A stretch of DNA of 64,000 nt from Eledone cirrhosa (Eukaryota): assembly GCA_964016885.1 (NCBI GenBank), contig OZ024742.1:34782001-34846000 (forward strand). Reading direction: 5' to 3'. Made by a program: the position numbers and the translations under genes. Of the stretch, positions 44,624 through 58,099 are shown one piece after another. The notes under the pieces are model-generated. The model was not told the origin of the DNA and did not search any database. It saw only the letters and a list, made by a program, of their open reading frames with translations. Positions within the stretch are counted from its first letter, which is position 1, and the number at the start of each line of letters is the position of its first letter.

Positions 44624-44938
44624 ATAAACAACTAAAAAGCGTTCCTTACATGACCCGGAATGGGTTTTTAGAGATAAGTTCACGTCAGAGTTCATTCTTC
44701 GTAAAAAAACATGTATTGATTTTGCAGTAGGTCAAGGGAGATAACTCTAGCCGGTGTTAGGGCAGTCTTTTCCCGACGATTTTTTTTTTATCCGTTACCA
44801 CTATGTGGTTACTACCCTACCATTGTCGATGCGCACAGGGCCAGGTATGCAACGTTAGTTTCGAGACGTTTGTTTGCTTCGCCTGCCCGCCTGGGTCGAT
44901 TCTTGCCGGGTCTGGGATGCATGATTAGTTTCCGGATG

Positions 44939-44981
<43 letters not shown>

Positions 44982-44985
<4 letters not shown>

Positions 44986-45093
44986 GCTGAGTGGTTAGAG
45001 AATTGGATTCGCAATCGTAAGGTTGTGAGTTCGATTCCTGGACCAGGCGATGCGTTATGTCCTTGAGCAAGACACTTTATTTCACGTTGCTCC
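44982..45093 (+). mobile_element. Second tRNA-derived SINE family (CORE/V-like); copies at ~15870-15960 and ~19915-20010
   Basis: A box TGGCTGAGTGG, B box GAGTTCGATTCC, then GTCCTTGAGCAAGACACTTTATTTCACG. Confidence 0.75.
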
Positions 45094-45789
45094 TTCTACC
45101 TGGAGTTGCGACCGATAGATAGTATTAGCAATTGGAAAGACCAACGGAAACATTGTTCCCTCGGTCCGATTTGACGAAAGTCGATCGTTCCTATAATATA
45201 TATATATATATATAAAGTATGGTTTTCCGAAGGGCATCGAGAAAACAATACAACTAAATAGGGTAGATAATACATTAATACATTAGTAGTGAAGAAACAT
45301 ATTTCGCATAGAAATGACTTCTACAGGACTAGAACTGTTTTATTCGTGTGAAATCACCAACCGGAAGCAATACTTGTGAAACTGACTATTCAACAGTCTT
45401 CTAACGACTCTACTAATTCGTTGCTATACAGTCCACTGCAGTCACGGGTCAATAACATAACATGAAAATACCACCATCGATTTGCTTATGGATAAAAGCA
45501 ATAAAATAAATTGATTTCTTGTAGAAACTGTAAGTTTATCAGCGATGGAACGTGGTAGATTATTTCTGTTTTATTTTTATGTTATGATAGCTCATCATGA
45601 TAATAAAAGAGGAAAATGATAGAAAAAACACCAAAAACAACGGAAAATTATCCATTACCTTTTAAGTTCTTTTAAATAGTAGATGTTCCCTCAACTTCAA
45701 ACAGTCGAAGTTTACGTCATTAATACATTAATGTGTTTCTACATCACTCTTTCAATTAAATTTACAGCCGTTAGCACGACAAAAACAAA

Positions 45790-45820
45790 TATATACATAT
45801 ATACACACACATATATATAC

Positions 45821-45881
<61 letters not shown>

Positions 45882-45914
45882 CATACATGCGTGTATGTGT
45901 AGATACGTAGATAT

Positions 45915-45969
<55 letters not shown>

Positions 45970-45971
45970 CA

Positions 45972-46057
<86 letters not shown>

Positions 46058-46105
46058 TGTATGTCTAGATACGTAGATATATACATACATACATATATAT
46101 ACATG

Positions 46106-46138
<33 letters not shown>

Positions 46139-46623
46139 GTATATGCATATATATATATATATATGTAGATATATACATACATATATATAGGTATATATAT
46201 ATATATATATGTATGTATATATATTTATATATGTATATGTATGTATATATATATGTATGTATATATATTTATATATATATATGTATGTATATATATATGT
46301 ATGTATATGTATGTATATATATGTGTATGTATATGTATGTATATATATATGTATGTATATGTATGTATATATATATGTATGTATGTATATATATATGTAT
46401 GTATATATATATGTATGTATATATATATGTATATGTATATGTATGTATATATATTTATATATATGTATGTATATATATATGTATATGTATATGTATGTAT
46501 ATATATTTATATATATATATGTATGTATATATATATGTATGTATATGTATGTATATATATATGTATGTATATATATATGTATGTATATGTATGTATATAT
46601 ATTTGTATATGTATATATATATG

Positions 46624-46676
<53 letters not shown>

Positions 46677-46777
46677 GTATATATATATATGTATATGTAT
46701 ATATATGTATATATATATATGTATATGTATATATATTTGTATATGTATATATATTTGTATATGTATGTATATATATT

Positions 46778-46812
<35 letters not shown>
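45790..46812. repeat. Compound (TA)/(CA)/(TATG) microsatellite
   Basis: Seen directly. Confidence 0.95.
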
Positions 46813-46816
<4 letters not shown>

Positions 46817-46863
46817 GGATACTCAGTAAAATCGAATCTCTGGCGGTTTGCAAATATATATAT

Positions 46864-47043
46864 AACGAAGGAAGGGTGGTAAGAAACCAGATGGACCATA
46901 ACGCACCAAAGTACTCAATACTTAGGGTAGTAGAGTGGGTAATAAGAAAATGTTTAACCCCGACGGCAGAGCTGAAACCGTTTCGACGGGTATTTCTGGA
47001 CCATCGAAACGGCTTGAGCTCTGCCGTCAGGGTTAAACATTTT

Positions 47044-47046
<3 letters not shown>
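46864..47046 (-). mobile_element. Family F fold-back mini-element (3' half of an HHR)
   Basis: AACGAAGG..GGACCATAACGCACCAAAGTACTCAATAC.. with terminal inverted duplication; between TA runs. Confidence 0.8.
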
Positions 47047-47106
<60 letters not shown>

Positions 47107-47183
47107 CATTTGTAGATCTAGTAATCCTGTTTGTATTCGTATTTGTTATATATTGTCTGTTGATGGAAACGATAATATATATA

Positions 47184-47189
<6 letters not shown>

Positions 47190-47216
<27 letters not shown>

Positions 47217-47317
47217 CTATGTATTAATGGCGATTTTGTTACATACATACATATATATATATATGTATGTATGTATGTATCTATGTATTAATGGCGATTT
47301 TGTTACATACATACATA

Positions 47318-47353
<36 letters not shown>

Positions 47354-47445
47354 TGTATTAATGGCGATTTTGATACATACATACATATATATATATGTAT
47401 GTATGTATGTATGTATCTATGTATTAATGGCGATTTTGTTATATA

Positions 47446-47481
<36 letters not shown>

Positions 47482-47621
47482 TGTATGTATGTATGTATCT
47501 ATGTATTAATGGCGATTTTCTTATTTCATATTAGTCTAGGAGGTTAGAATTTAGTCAGTTGCGTTAAAGTAGGAAAATTACCCTTTGAACATTAGTAGAT
47601 GAATCGCTTAGTTCATGACTG

Positions 47622-47652
<31 letters not shown>

Positions 47653-47848
47653 TGTATGTATGTATGTATGTATGTATGTATGTATGTATGTATGTATGTA
47701 TGTATGTATGTATGTATGTATGTATGTATGTATGTATGTATGTATGTATGTATGTATGTATGTATGTATGTATGTATGTATGTATGTATGTATGTATGTA
47801 TGTATGTATGTATGTATGTATGTATGTATGTATGTATGTATGTATGTA
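47190..47848. repeat. Minisatellite (GTATCTATGTATTAATGGCGATTTTG + microsatellite spacers, 5 copies) and (TATG)n at 47624-47848
   Basis: Seen directly. Confidence 0.9.
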
Positions 47849-48070
47849 CAAATTAGTGGTCACCCAATCACAAAATGATAGAAGGAAGAACTCTGTAGTA
47901 AAGCCGCCAGTTAATTATTTAATATTAGCATTTTTGTCTTATATTGTCTGTCGATGGAATTATTAATGGACACATATATATATATATTTTATTTTATATA
48001 TATATATATATATATACTTATACATATGTGTATATGTATATATATATGTATATATATGTATATATATAGG

Positions 48071-48101
<31 letters not shown>

Positions 48102-48121
48102 ATATATATATATACTTATAC

Positions 48122-48175
<54 letters not shown>

Positions 48176-48335
48176 TTATACATATGTGTATATGTATATA
48201 TATATGTATATATATATATATGTATATATATAGGTATATATATATATGTATATATATAGGTATATATATATATGTATATATATATGTATATATATATATA
48301 GTAAGAATATTTTCGAAACAGCGAGTTGGTTTGAA

Positions 48336-48697
48336 ATTATTAGAAATGTAAGCTATCGCTATATTTTGACTAAAGAACTTAAAGAAATTATTTAGCCTGA
48401 TAGTGGGGTTAAGAACCCTCGGAGAAATGGAAAAAGATGAGTATTGACGTACATAGGAGTCGAACCCACATCTTTGGTTATCCAGACCACTGTGCTACCA
48501 TTCACACCAACATATCATGGGTGATGTGTTGGTGTAAATGGTAGCACAGTGGTCTGGATAACCAAAGATGTGGGTTTGACTCCTATGTACGTCAATACTC
48601 ATCTTTTTCCATTTCTCCGAGGGTTCTTAACCCCACTATCAGGCTAAATAATTTCTTTAATTTCTTTATTCAAAATACGGCGATAGCTTACATTTCT

Positions 48698-48703
<6 letters not shown>
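48336..48703 (+). mobile_element. Fold-back element with tRNA-like head at the hairpin centre
   Basis: Arms 48336-48517 / 48522-48703, 4-nt loop. 48523-48594 has A box TGGTGTAAATGG, anticodon-like arm TGGT-CTGGATA-ACCA, B box GGTT(C/T)GACTCC. Confidence 0.75.
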
Positions 48704-48748
<45 letters not shown>

Positions 48749-50031
48749 TATAATACACACACACATATATATATATATATATGTATGTATGAATGAGGAT
48801 TTAGAATCGCTAGTCGAGGTGAGGTCTTTGACTTCGATTCTGCTGTATACTTGTTTTTAAAAAGAATTTCTTGTTTTCTGTTAATTCTCTTTCCATGATT
48901 GCATGGGCTCGATGAAACCCTGAGATTATACTATTTCACGAGTGTTGAGTGAAAGTACAGTCCATTAGATGAGTGGTGCCCATTTTCAGCCTGAAATATT
49001 GGGTGTCAAGTATGAAATTTGTAAAAGTTTGTTGTTTTACTCCAAATTTCTACAAATTCCATACTTGATGGCCCAATAATGTCCTTTGTTAAAGAATACA
49101 ACGAATCTCCTGATCAGGGAATCGAATCTACCACTTTATGATCGTATGCCCAACACACCACTAACAACGTTTGTCCTAACTTCAGAACGATTGCACCTGG
49201 AAGAAGGTTAATCAAGGTGTTTTGGTGGAAGACCACCAGTCTCTTCTCTTGACACTACAGACGTTGTCTAAAAGCTGATAGAGCTTGGCAGTATTTTTGC
49301 ATCCTGAGTTTGATTGCAAAGTCAGAATGCAAAAGACTGAAAAAGTTACCACAAGGCATTACTTTCGTTGCTCGAGCAGGTGGGACATTATTTAACGTGA
49401 GATTGAAAAGATGAAAGGCAAGGATGACCTTGGCGAGATTTAAACTCAGAGAGGGAAGAGGACCAAATACTACGGAACATTTGCAGTTGATGATCTAACG
49501 ACTCCTCCTAATTAACAGTCACAGAAGTTATCAGTATATCTCATCCCCCTTCCCCAATCATCATGTAAAAGAATGAAAATGAAATTACTTAAAAATTAAT
49601 AAAAATGAATTAAAAACACATTACAAACACATTACATCATATAAATGAAGCATAGGCTGGCAGCAGAGTTGCTGAGCGGATTAAATTAAAAGTAGGTAGT
49701 TATGTAACACCGTGTACATGTAATTTGTTCGGTGAATCAAGCTTGCAACACTATATCAATAAATAGTTATCAACAGTGTTAAGGCGTACATACTCATCAT
49801 TATAACCCAGCCACTCGTGTTGAAAATCGCAAGGTGAAATGCGCGTCCTCGTTAATGGTTTATTAACTGTTGTGGAACTAACTTCTACTAAACTCATCCC
49901 ATGGACTGAATGCTCTACTACTACTACTACTACACACACACACACACACCACACCATACCATACCCCCCACCCCCACACCCCACCACACCAACCCCACCC
50001 ACCCCACCACACCACACCACACTGTGTGTGT

Positions 50032-50239
50032 GAAGTATTTCCGTAGCAAAGGTAAAGGGAAGACGAGTGTTCTGTGTATAGTACAGAGCTATTTAATTCT
50101 GTAATAAACAACACAATATAATTACTCCATCACCCAAGGTTTCACGAAGTTAGACGACTCTAACAGAAACGTCCGTTTCGTTCTGTTAGAATCGTCTAAC
50201 TTCGTAAAACCTTGGGTAATGGAATAATTATATTGTGTT

Positions 50240-50245
<6 letters not shown>
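50032..50245 (-). mobile_element. Fold-back element related to the Naiad-type pLTR end at 2116-2184
   Basis: Arms ~50104-50166 / 50181-50245. Terminus on - is GCTCTGT..AGAACACTC..ACGGAAATACTTCA. HHR 3' half GAAACGGA cgtt TCTGTT. Confidence 0.65.
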
Positions 50246-50273
<28 letters not shown>

Positions 50274-50275
<2 letters not shown>

Positions 50276-50430
50276 CGAAGGAAATGTGGTAAGGAACCAG
50301 GTGGACCATAACGCACCAAAGTACTCAATACTTAGGGTAGTAGAGTGGGTAATAGGAACAAGTAAGACCAAATTTGTCCAGAATTAGCCGTCGAAACGGC
50401 TTGAGCTCAGCCGTCGGGGTCTTACTTGTT

Positions 50431-50433
<3 letters not shown>
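50274..50433 (-). mobile_element. Family F fold-back mini-element
   Basis: Same family; other copies at ~9372-9455, 40663-40811, 43256-43330, 51050-51162, 56940-57054. Confidence 0.8.
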
Positions 50434-50470
<37 letters not shown>

Positions 50471-50474
<4 letters not shown>

Positions 50475-50900
50475 CAAGCTACATCACCGCCAGTGGAATA
50501 TCAGAGGTATGTCCCTGAAAATAAAGGTTGCAGCTTATCGTACATTGGTACTGAAAACACTCTTATATGGCTGTGAGTCGTGGACACTTTACCGCACCCA
50601 CATTCATAAGCTTCATGTCTTCCACAAACGCTCTCTTCGCTATGTCTGTGGATATACACTTTCTGACAGTCTCCAATGCTAAACTGTTCACAGGGTCCTA
50701 CATTGGTGCGATTGAATCCTTTCCTATACAATCCCAACTAAGATGGGTTGGTCATGTCCCACGGAGGTCTGATGACCGCACACTTAAAGTACTCTTGTAC
50801 ACTCAGCCCCAGGATGATACGCATAGTGTGGGCAGGCCACTATTCCGACATAAGGAGACAGACTGGTGTACAATCTTAAGTTTGTCAACGTACCTGTTTC
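50471..50900 (+). pseudogene. RTE-clade LINE RT C-terminal fragment
   Basis: KIKVAAYRTLVLKTLLYGCESWTLY..HKRSLR and QSQLRWVGHVPRRSDDRTLKVLLY. Confidence 0.8.
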
Positions 50901-51157
50901 GTCGTTTGAAGCCATGACTGCCTACCGTAAAAAAAGGGGAACTGTCTACCACGAAGGGTTCAAGGCCCAATACCGACCATATCTCTAGAATGTAAAAAGG
51001 GATCAAAATTGTGACCTAATCTTCAGGCGCTTATATATATATATATATATAGGAAAAGAGTCAGGACCCCGACAGCTGAGCTCCGGCCGTTTCGACAGCT
51101 AGATCCCATTCTACTACTCTAAGTATTGAGTACTCTGGTGCGTTATGGTCCACCCTT

Positions 51158-51207
<50 letters not shown>

Positions 51208-51215
<8 letters not shown>

Positions 51216-51813
51216 AGATCAAAAGATGGTTAAAGGAGTTCCATGTATTTTTTTTTCTCTCTATCTTCATGTATTATTTTTTCTCTCTATCTTCATACAT
51301 AAACTCCCTTTCTTTCCTCGTACATATTTTTCCCTTCGTTAATTTTCAAATTCTTTTAATTTATACATTATCTTCCAACGGTTTTCAACTTCTCTATGTA
51401 AAACAATATATCTTCTCTCAGTTATAAAAACTATCTCTTTCTCTCTATCACCCATCTCTCCCTCTCCACCTTCACTCTCATCTCCTCTCCTTTTTCATCC
51501 TTTCCACCCCCCCTCTCTAAATAAAATATTTTTCCCAATATCACACATCAATCTAAAACCACTTTTCATATGTTGGTTTAAAACTGCACTATCCACAAGT
51601 GTTTTTTAGCCTTCATATCATGTTCTCCTGTTTTATCTGATGAAAACACAAATATTATTGCATGATGTTTTTGAAATGCGCATAATAAAATACATGGAAC
51701 TCCTTTAACCATCTTTTGATCTTATATTATGTATACTCCAGTCCTACAAACTGTAGAGTGCTTCTTATCCGATATCTGCATTGCTTTATTGTACTACAAT
51801 AAAACTCACCTCC

Positions 51814-51817
<4 letters not shown>
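51208..51817 (+). mobile_element. PLE-type element with 5' inverted pLTR fragment, in (TA)n
   Basis: ~51209-51251 is the reverse complement of ~51687-51730; HHR inside. Confidence 0.8.
51631..51690 (+). ncRNA. Type I hammerhead ribozyme
   Basis: Stem I TTTTAT/ATAAAA, CTGATGA, stem II AAACA..TGTTT, GAAAT-GCGC-ATA (palindrome ATGCGCAT). Confidence 0.8.
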
Positions 51818-51877
<60 letters not shown>

Positions 51878-52174
51878 AATATAAACATTCATGCATACAC
51901 ACACATACATATTTACAAAAGTCCGGGTGTCTTTCTACTTATGAATAACTTTCTCTGCTTTACTAATATCGAACAATAGCATTATAAATTCTTAAATATA
52001 TAACAGTAAAACATCGCAGAAAATTTCGGTTAGAAATTCTTACTGCATCACTTCAATAAAATGTTATTCATTGTAACACAGTGATGAGATTCATAAAAAT
52101 TCATTCGATGTAAATTTCTCGCTGTTTTGTTCCTAATCACTGATTATCATACAAATATTGTAAGTACACGCAGA

Positions 52175-52220
<46 letters not shown>

Positions 52221-52291
52221 CCACTCTCCTGAGCGTGAAGCTAATAAACATTTGTCGTACTGCCTCTCTGTTCTGTCCCTGTTCAATTTTT

Positions 52292-52333
<42 letters not shown>

Positions 52334-52345
52334 GTGTATGTATGA

Positions 52346-52383
<38 letters not shown>

Positions 52384-52385
<2 letters not shown>

Positions 52386-52575
52386 CGAAGGGAATGTGGT
52401 AAGGAACCAGGTGGACCATAACGCACCAAAGTACTCAATACTTAGGGAAGTAGAGTGGGTAATAGGAACGAGTAGGACCCCGACGGCTGAGCTCAAGCCG
52501 TTTCGACGGCTAATTCTGTCCAGAATTAGCCGTCGAAACGGCTTGAGCTCAGCCGTCGGGGTCTTACTTGTTCCT
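52384..52575 (-). mobile_element. Family F fold-back mini-element
   Basis: Hairpin centred on GACGGCTAATTCTG-TC-CAGAATTAGCCGTC. Confidence 0.85.
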
Positions 52576-52720
52576 ATATATATATATATATATATATTAG
52601 GTATAGGATTACCCAAGATGTAGTAATGGTTATTTACTACTGTAGTACCACCATGGAAACATTTGTAAGCACACGGAATAAATTACCTTTTTATGATGTC
52701 TACCTGTTATTATTCATTCT

Positions 52721-52756
<36 letters not shown>

Positions 52757-52768
52757 GTGTATGTATGA

Positions 52769-52812
<44 letters not shown>

Positions 52813-52814
<2 letters not shown>

Positions 52815-53005
52815 CGAAGGAAATGTGGTAAGGAACCAGGTGGACCATAACGCACCAAAGTACTCAATACTTGAGGTAGTAGAGTGGGTAATAGGAACCA
52901 GTAAGACCCCGACAGCTGAGCTCAAGCCGTTTCGACGGCTAATTCTCAATTCTGAGAATTAGCCGTCGAAACGGCTTGAGCTCAGCTGTCGGGGTCTTAC
53001 TGGTT

Positions 53006-53008
<3 letters not shown>
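52813..53008 (-). mobile_element. Family F fold-back mini-element
   Basis: Hairpin centred on GCTAATTCTCA-attc-TGAGAATTAGC. Confidence 0.85.
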
Positions 53009-53040
<32 letters not shown>

Positions 53041-53192
53041 GCACATATGTATATATATAAACATACATATACACACATATATATACATATATGATGCATG
53101 ATTGCTGCAGACCAGTCAGTGAAACTGTAGTCGAGACTTTGAAGAAAATATGGGTATATTTTTTGTCTATTATTGCCTTGCATTTTATAATT

Positions 53193-53278
<86 letters not shown>

Positions 53279-53428
53279 AAAGTTGGATGATATATAAATA
53301 TATTCTGATATTCTCAGACATGACATTATTAATATAATTTTGGTATACATATATATATATATAAATATATATATATATTATGAAATACTGTGTGCCTCTT
53401 GCTCATAATAATTTCTATACTTTTCATT

Positions 53429-53484
<56 letters not shown>

Positions 53485-53808
53485 TTAGTAGAACCTTAAT
53501 GAATTTAGCTTTTAAAGAATCTCCCTTTCCTTTAAATCTATCTACCATGACTGACCCCCCACTGATCTTATAGACACCTGTTAGCTTAAGAGAAACTTAA
53601 TAACAAGGAATGGCAGGCCATCCTGAACCTGTTTATAGAATTCTGTCTGCCTTTGTTACTCTCAAAACAAAAATAAACTATAGCTTTGTAGAATTAGCTT
53701 TTAATGAATTCCCTTTTCTATCAACCAATGACCTACACCCATCCCACTCCCCACCCTCTCCTACCACTTGTAGAGACCTATAAATACCATACTTATTTTT
53801 TGATACCC

Positions 53809-53859
53809 AGATTCCTGATGATTTCTAAAGAATGAAACAGTTCTAGTCCTGTAGAATCT
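53809..53859 (+). ncRNA. Near-canonical type I hammerhead ribozyme in a (TA)n-flanked element (~53482-53946)
   Basis: Stem I AGATTC/GAATCT, CTGATGA, stem II TTC-TAAA-GAA, GAA, stem III ACAG/CTGT, triplet GTA. Decayed relative at ~45315-45365 (-). Confidence 0.85.
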
Positions 53860-53941
53860 CATCTATATTAAACATTTTATACTCTGCAATGTATTGAGTA
53901 CCTTACTTACTGTGGTTACCTCCGATTCAACCCGGAATAAC

Positions 53942-53993
<52 letters not shown>

Positions 53994-54572
53994 GAAAGAG
54001 AGAAAGAGAAATAATTGTACACACTATGCTTATATAATCTAATATGGTCACGCATATACACTAGGATACCAAAGAAGAAATGGTTCTCTGTCGGTTGCAA
54101 CGATGAATCCTCCAGCTGTTGTTTCATCAAATGATTCACTTTGTATATTTTATTTTAAACACCTAATTCTAGTTAACAAATGTTGATTTAATGTTGCACT
54201 TTATAACTTCTATATTTACAAATATGAGAAACTAACCTTAAAAAGTATACAATCAGCTTTTACGTTCTTTATCAAACGAACAAAATCAACAGTGTTGTGA
54301 TGGCGGACTCACGGGAAATAAAAATATTTTAAAATAAGGTGAACGGCTCTATGTTTGAAATTCGGCTTTTTTTCCCTATATTTCTTTGAAATAATTTCCA
54401 GACAAAAACCTGATAAAATGTCCATTTAAGAAACTAAAGACAAAGATAATACATCCATTGAAGTATTATGATTTCCCATAGGAGAAGACATCACATCTCA
54501 GTTAAAAGGCTTTTATCTTGATATTTCTTTCCTCAGGGATATGTCAATTATTTCCAAATTATAAAAACATAT

Positions 54573-54654
<82 letters not shown>

Positions 54655-54865
54655 ACACATAATGTGTGTGTAATATATACATACATATATTGGGTCGTCA
54701 AGCATGAAATTTGTAGAAATTTGTTTTATTTTTACAAATTCCTACAAATTTCTTACTTGACCCAATATATATATATAATGAAAAATTGAACAGGAACAAA
54801 ACAGAGAGGCAGTACAACGAATGTTTATTAATTTCACGCTCTTGAGAGTGGGGTGGTGGTGGGGA

Positions 54866-54897
54866 ACGACGTTTCGGGCATAAGCCCTTCTTCAGGT
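54866..54897 (-). ncRNA. Minimal hammerhead ribozyme in a pLTR-type element (~54776-55110); tail also at 52217-52295 (+)
   Basis: On -: AC-CTGAAGA-A-GGGC ttat GCCC-GAAAC GTC-GT; stem I is weak. Confidence 0.6.
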
Positions 54898-56127
54898 GAA
54901 AAGTGTGTGGGAAGAGAGTTCAAAGGGTGTGTAGGGGAGTGGTGGAGAGACATATAGCAAAAGGGGCGTGAGAGGAAACGGTGCAAATGAAATTAAAAAT
55001 AAAGGCATGATCAAAATAAAAGTAATAACAATACGCATAGTGAATCTATTTAATGGTTTTAGACCAACCGAAATCCGTCCTAATAAACGAACTTTGAAGT
55101 GGCAGAGCATTCTACAAACACACGTACAGACATGTAGATATACACACATACAGATATACACATGTAATAATAATAATAAAATAATAATAATGAAATTGTG
55201 TACAGTGCTCAGGTGCACTACAATTCATCAAAGGTGCATGTATAGTACATAGAATAATGTACAAATATCAGGAAAATGAAAAATGAATGTGTATGAGTCA
55301 TGATATACATGTGTGCGTGTGTATGTAGACATTCTTTTTTTTTCTCATTCTTTCTTCCTTTCGTTCTTATATATGTAGTATCTCTCTCTCTATCTAGCTC
55401 ACCCCTCTTCCCCCTCTCTCACTCATGGCGTCTCCCCTTCTAACTCTCTCCCCTTTCTCTCTCTCTCCTTCCTCTTCATTTTCTGTCTCCCACTCTCACA
55501 CCCTCCCCCTCTCTCCCTCCCTCTACCATCTCTTTCCTTCCCACCATCTGCCTCACACCCCTACTTCTTTCATTTCCTTTCACTTCCTTCACCCCCCTCT
55601 ATTTCTATGTTTTTCATTTACCAGATTTATCTCTGTCCGCTCATTACTTCTATAGTACTTTTACCTAAAACAACACCTGCACACCTGCAGACCTACATTA
55701 AGACAGGTAATAGTGAAAAAAAGAATCAGTTAATAGGTAAGCAAATACCAACGGTTGGTTGCCTTCTTTATCAGCTACATTCTTTAACAAACAAAATCTT
55801 CATTATCATCTTTTCGAGTTTTAATGCCGACGAGGTAATCTTTGATTTCCGCCTTTCCGGCTTTGTTGTTGCTGTTGTTGTTGTTATTGTTGTTCAACCC
55901 TAGGCTAGCCACGAACGGGTACAGTCTACAGCGGTGCCTGAACTGTGTGCCGGAACACATAATTTGGTGCACTGCCAAAGAGTAAAACTATATTTCAAAA
56001 TGTGGAAAAAAATACAAATTGACAGACCTGCCAAACTCTAAAAACCGAAACGGAGAGTGCCATGAAAAAAGGGCCCCAAAACGGGGAGAAATGAGGCAAA
56101 ATACGGAGATTTTACATAAGGTTTTCT

Positions 56128-56333
56128 TATATAGGCACAAGGCCAGCAATTTTAGGGAGGGGAGAGTCGATTAAATCGATCCCAGTGCTTATTGGTACTT
56201 TATTTTATCGATCCCGTAAGAATGAAAGGCAAAGCTAACCTCGGCAAGATTTAAACGCAGAACGTAAAGGGATGTAACTCTATGCTGTGAAGCATGGCGT
56301 CCGACGTTCTACCGATACTGCCAATCCACCACC
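56128..56333 (-). mobile_element. Meta-like SINE
   Basis: Same family motifs. Confidence 0.85.
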
Positions 56334-56908
56334 TTTTTGGTGTGGTGTGGCTGTAATATGATCTTAGTCTAACTAAATGTGTGTTTATTACAGACAAAGT
56401 ATATTGTATATGGCTTCTTATACTCCTAAATACTGAATCAGGTTGTATTAGTTTTACCGTTAATTAGAAAATAATAATTATATTTTTTGTGTATGTGAAA
56501 GAAGGTGAGGGGTTAGCGGTAACAAGTCTAAGATACAGGTAAGGCTGTTAAGGAGTTTGATTACGTGAGGGAAGTCTGCAGAGCTGAAATGCTAACAACA
56601 AATTATGTCTGAATACTAATTGTGAGCAATAGTTAGTGAAGCATGACAGAAGTATTTTGGTGTAAGATGAGTTCATTATGCAATTGGTATGAACAATAAA
56701 GAGAGGGGGAGAGAGAGAGAGTGGCGGAAGACAGAGACCTGATATAAAGACTCACACACACAGTTACGCATACACATAAGCACACACGCATATATACACA
56801 TATGCATACACACATACGCACACACATATATACAAATGTAGTCTATATGTATATATATATATACACACATACAAGTACATACATACACACACAAACACAC
56901 ACACACAA

Positions 56909-56939
<31 letters not shown>

Positions 56940-57350
56940 GCGGAGGAGTTGTGGTAAGGAACCAGATGGACCATAACGCACCAGAGTACTCAATACTTAG
57001 GGTAGTAGAGTGAGTACGGCTTGAGCTCTACCGTCGGGGGTCATACTTTCTCCTATATATATATATATACATCGACTTGACTGCCCACTTCACATCCCAA
57101 TGAAGTTTTCTTTTTCCAACCTCACCTTTCTCCAAACTTTGCTCTTTCCTGAAGAAGGACTAACGCCCGATACGTTTACACATTCATTTTCCTCTACCAA
57201 CAAGCGTAGATAAAACAGAAAACAACAACAACAACAAAACCCCCCAAAACAAAACAAGAATGTTGTTTTCCCTAATGGCCTTCCGTAGAATATTTAGTTA
57301 TCTATTATCATTGTTACATTTTATCATGTTTAACTTTTGTGAGAAAAATG

Positions 57351-57462
57351 TTCTTCCGTAGAATTGTTCATTATCTCTTTCTTCCGTAGAATTGTTCATT
57401 GTCTCTTTCTTCCGTAGAATTGTTCATTGTCTCTTTCTTCTGTAGAATTGTTCATTATCTCT
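57351..57462. repeat. 28-bp tandem repeat x4 (TTCTTCCGTAGAATTGTTCATTRTCTCT)
   Basis: Seen directly. Confidence 0.9.
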
Positions 57463-57920
57463 GTCCTATGTTTACCTTTTGTCAGAATATATATATATCT
57501 TTCATATAATTTCAAAAGCCAGAAAATTGTAAGCAAATAAACCAAAAATAATAACGAGAATGTTGTTTATAAGAATAGTCTTCTGTATCATAATGATTTT
57601 CTGTTCATTATCTGTTGATAGGTTATACCTTTTGTAAGAAAAATAGATATTTTTGATATAGCTAGAAACATCATACAATAATGTAGTAAAATGAAGAATG
57701 TTGTTTATCAGAGAGCTCTTCTTTATGGGAGTTAATGATATTCATTATGCTTTGTCATTCATTGTTGATTTCAATTACGTATGACAGAATATTTTGTTAT
57801 TTATTTAAACAAAGTTGCATCTTTATCCAACTACGTAGATGTGCGTGTCTGGATTGGCTTGAACATAATCAGAAACAAAGGCACTCCACACACACACACA
57901 CTCACACGCACACGCACACG

Positions 57921-58024
<104 letters not shown>

Positions 58025-58041
58025 TTAAAGTATAGAAATTG

Positions 58042-58098
<57 letters not shown>

Positions 58099-58099
<1 letters not shown>

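Noticed and set aside
48523-48594. Functional tRNA gene
   Set aside because: GU-rich weak stems, mutated T-loop in one arm, no Pol III terminator directly after it, and embedded in a fold-back repeat.
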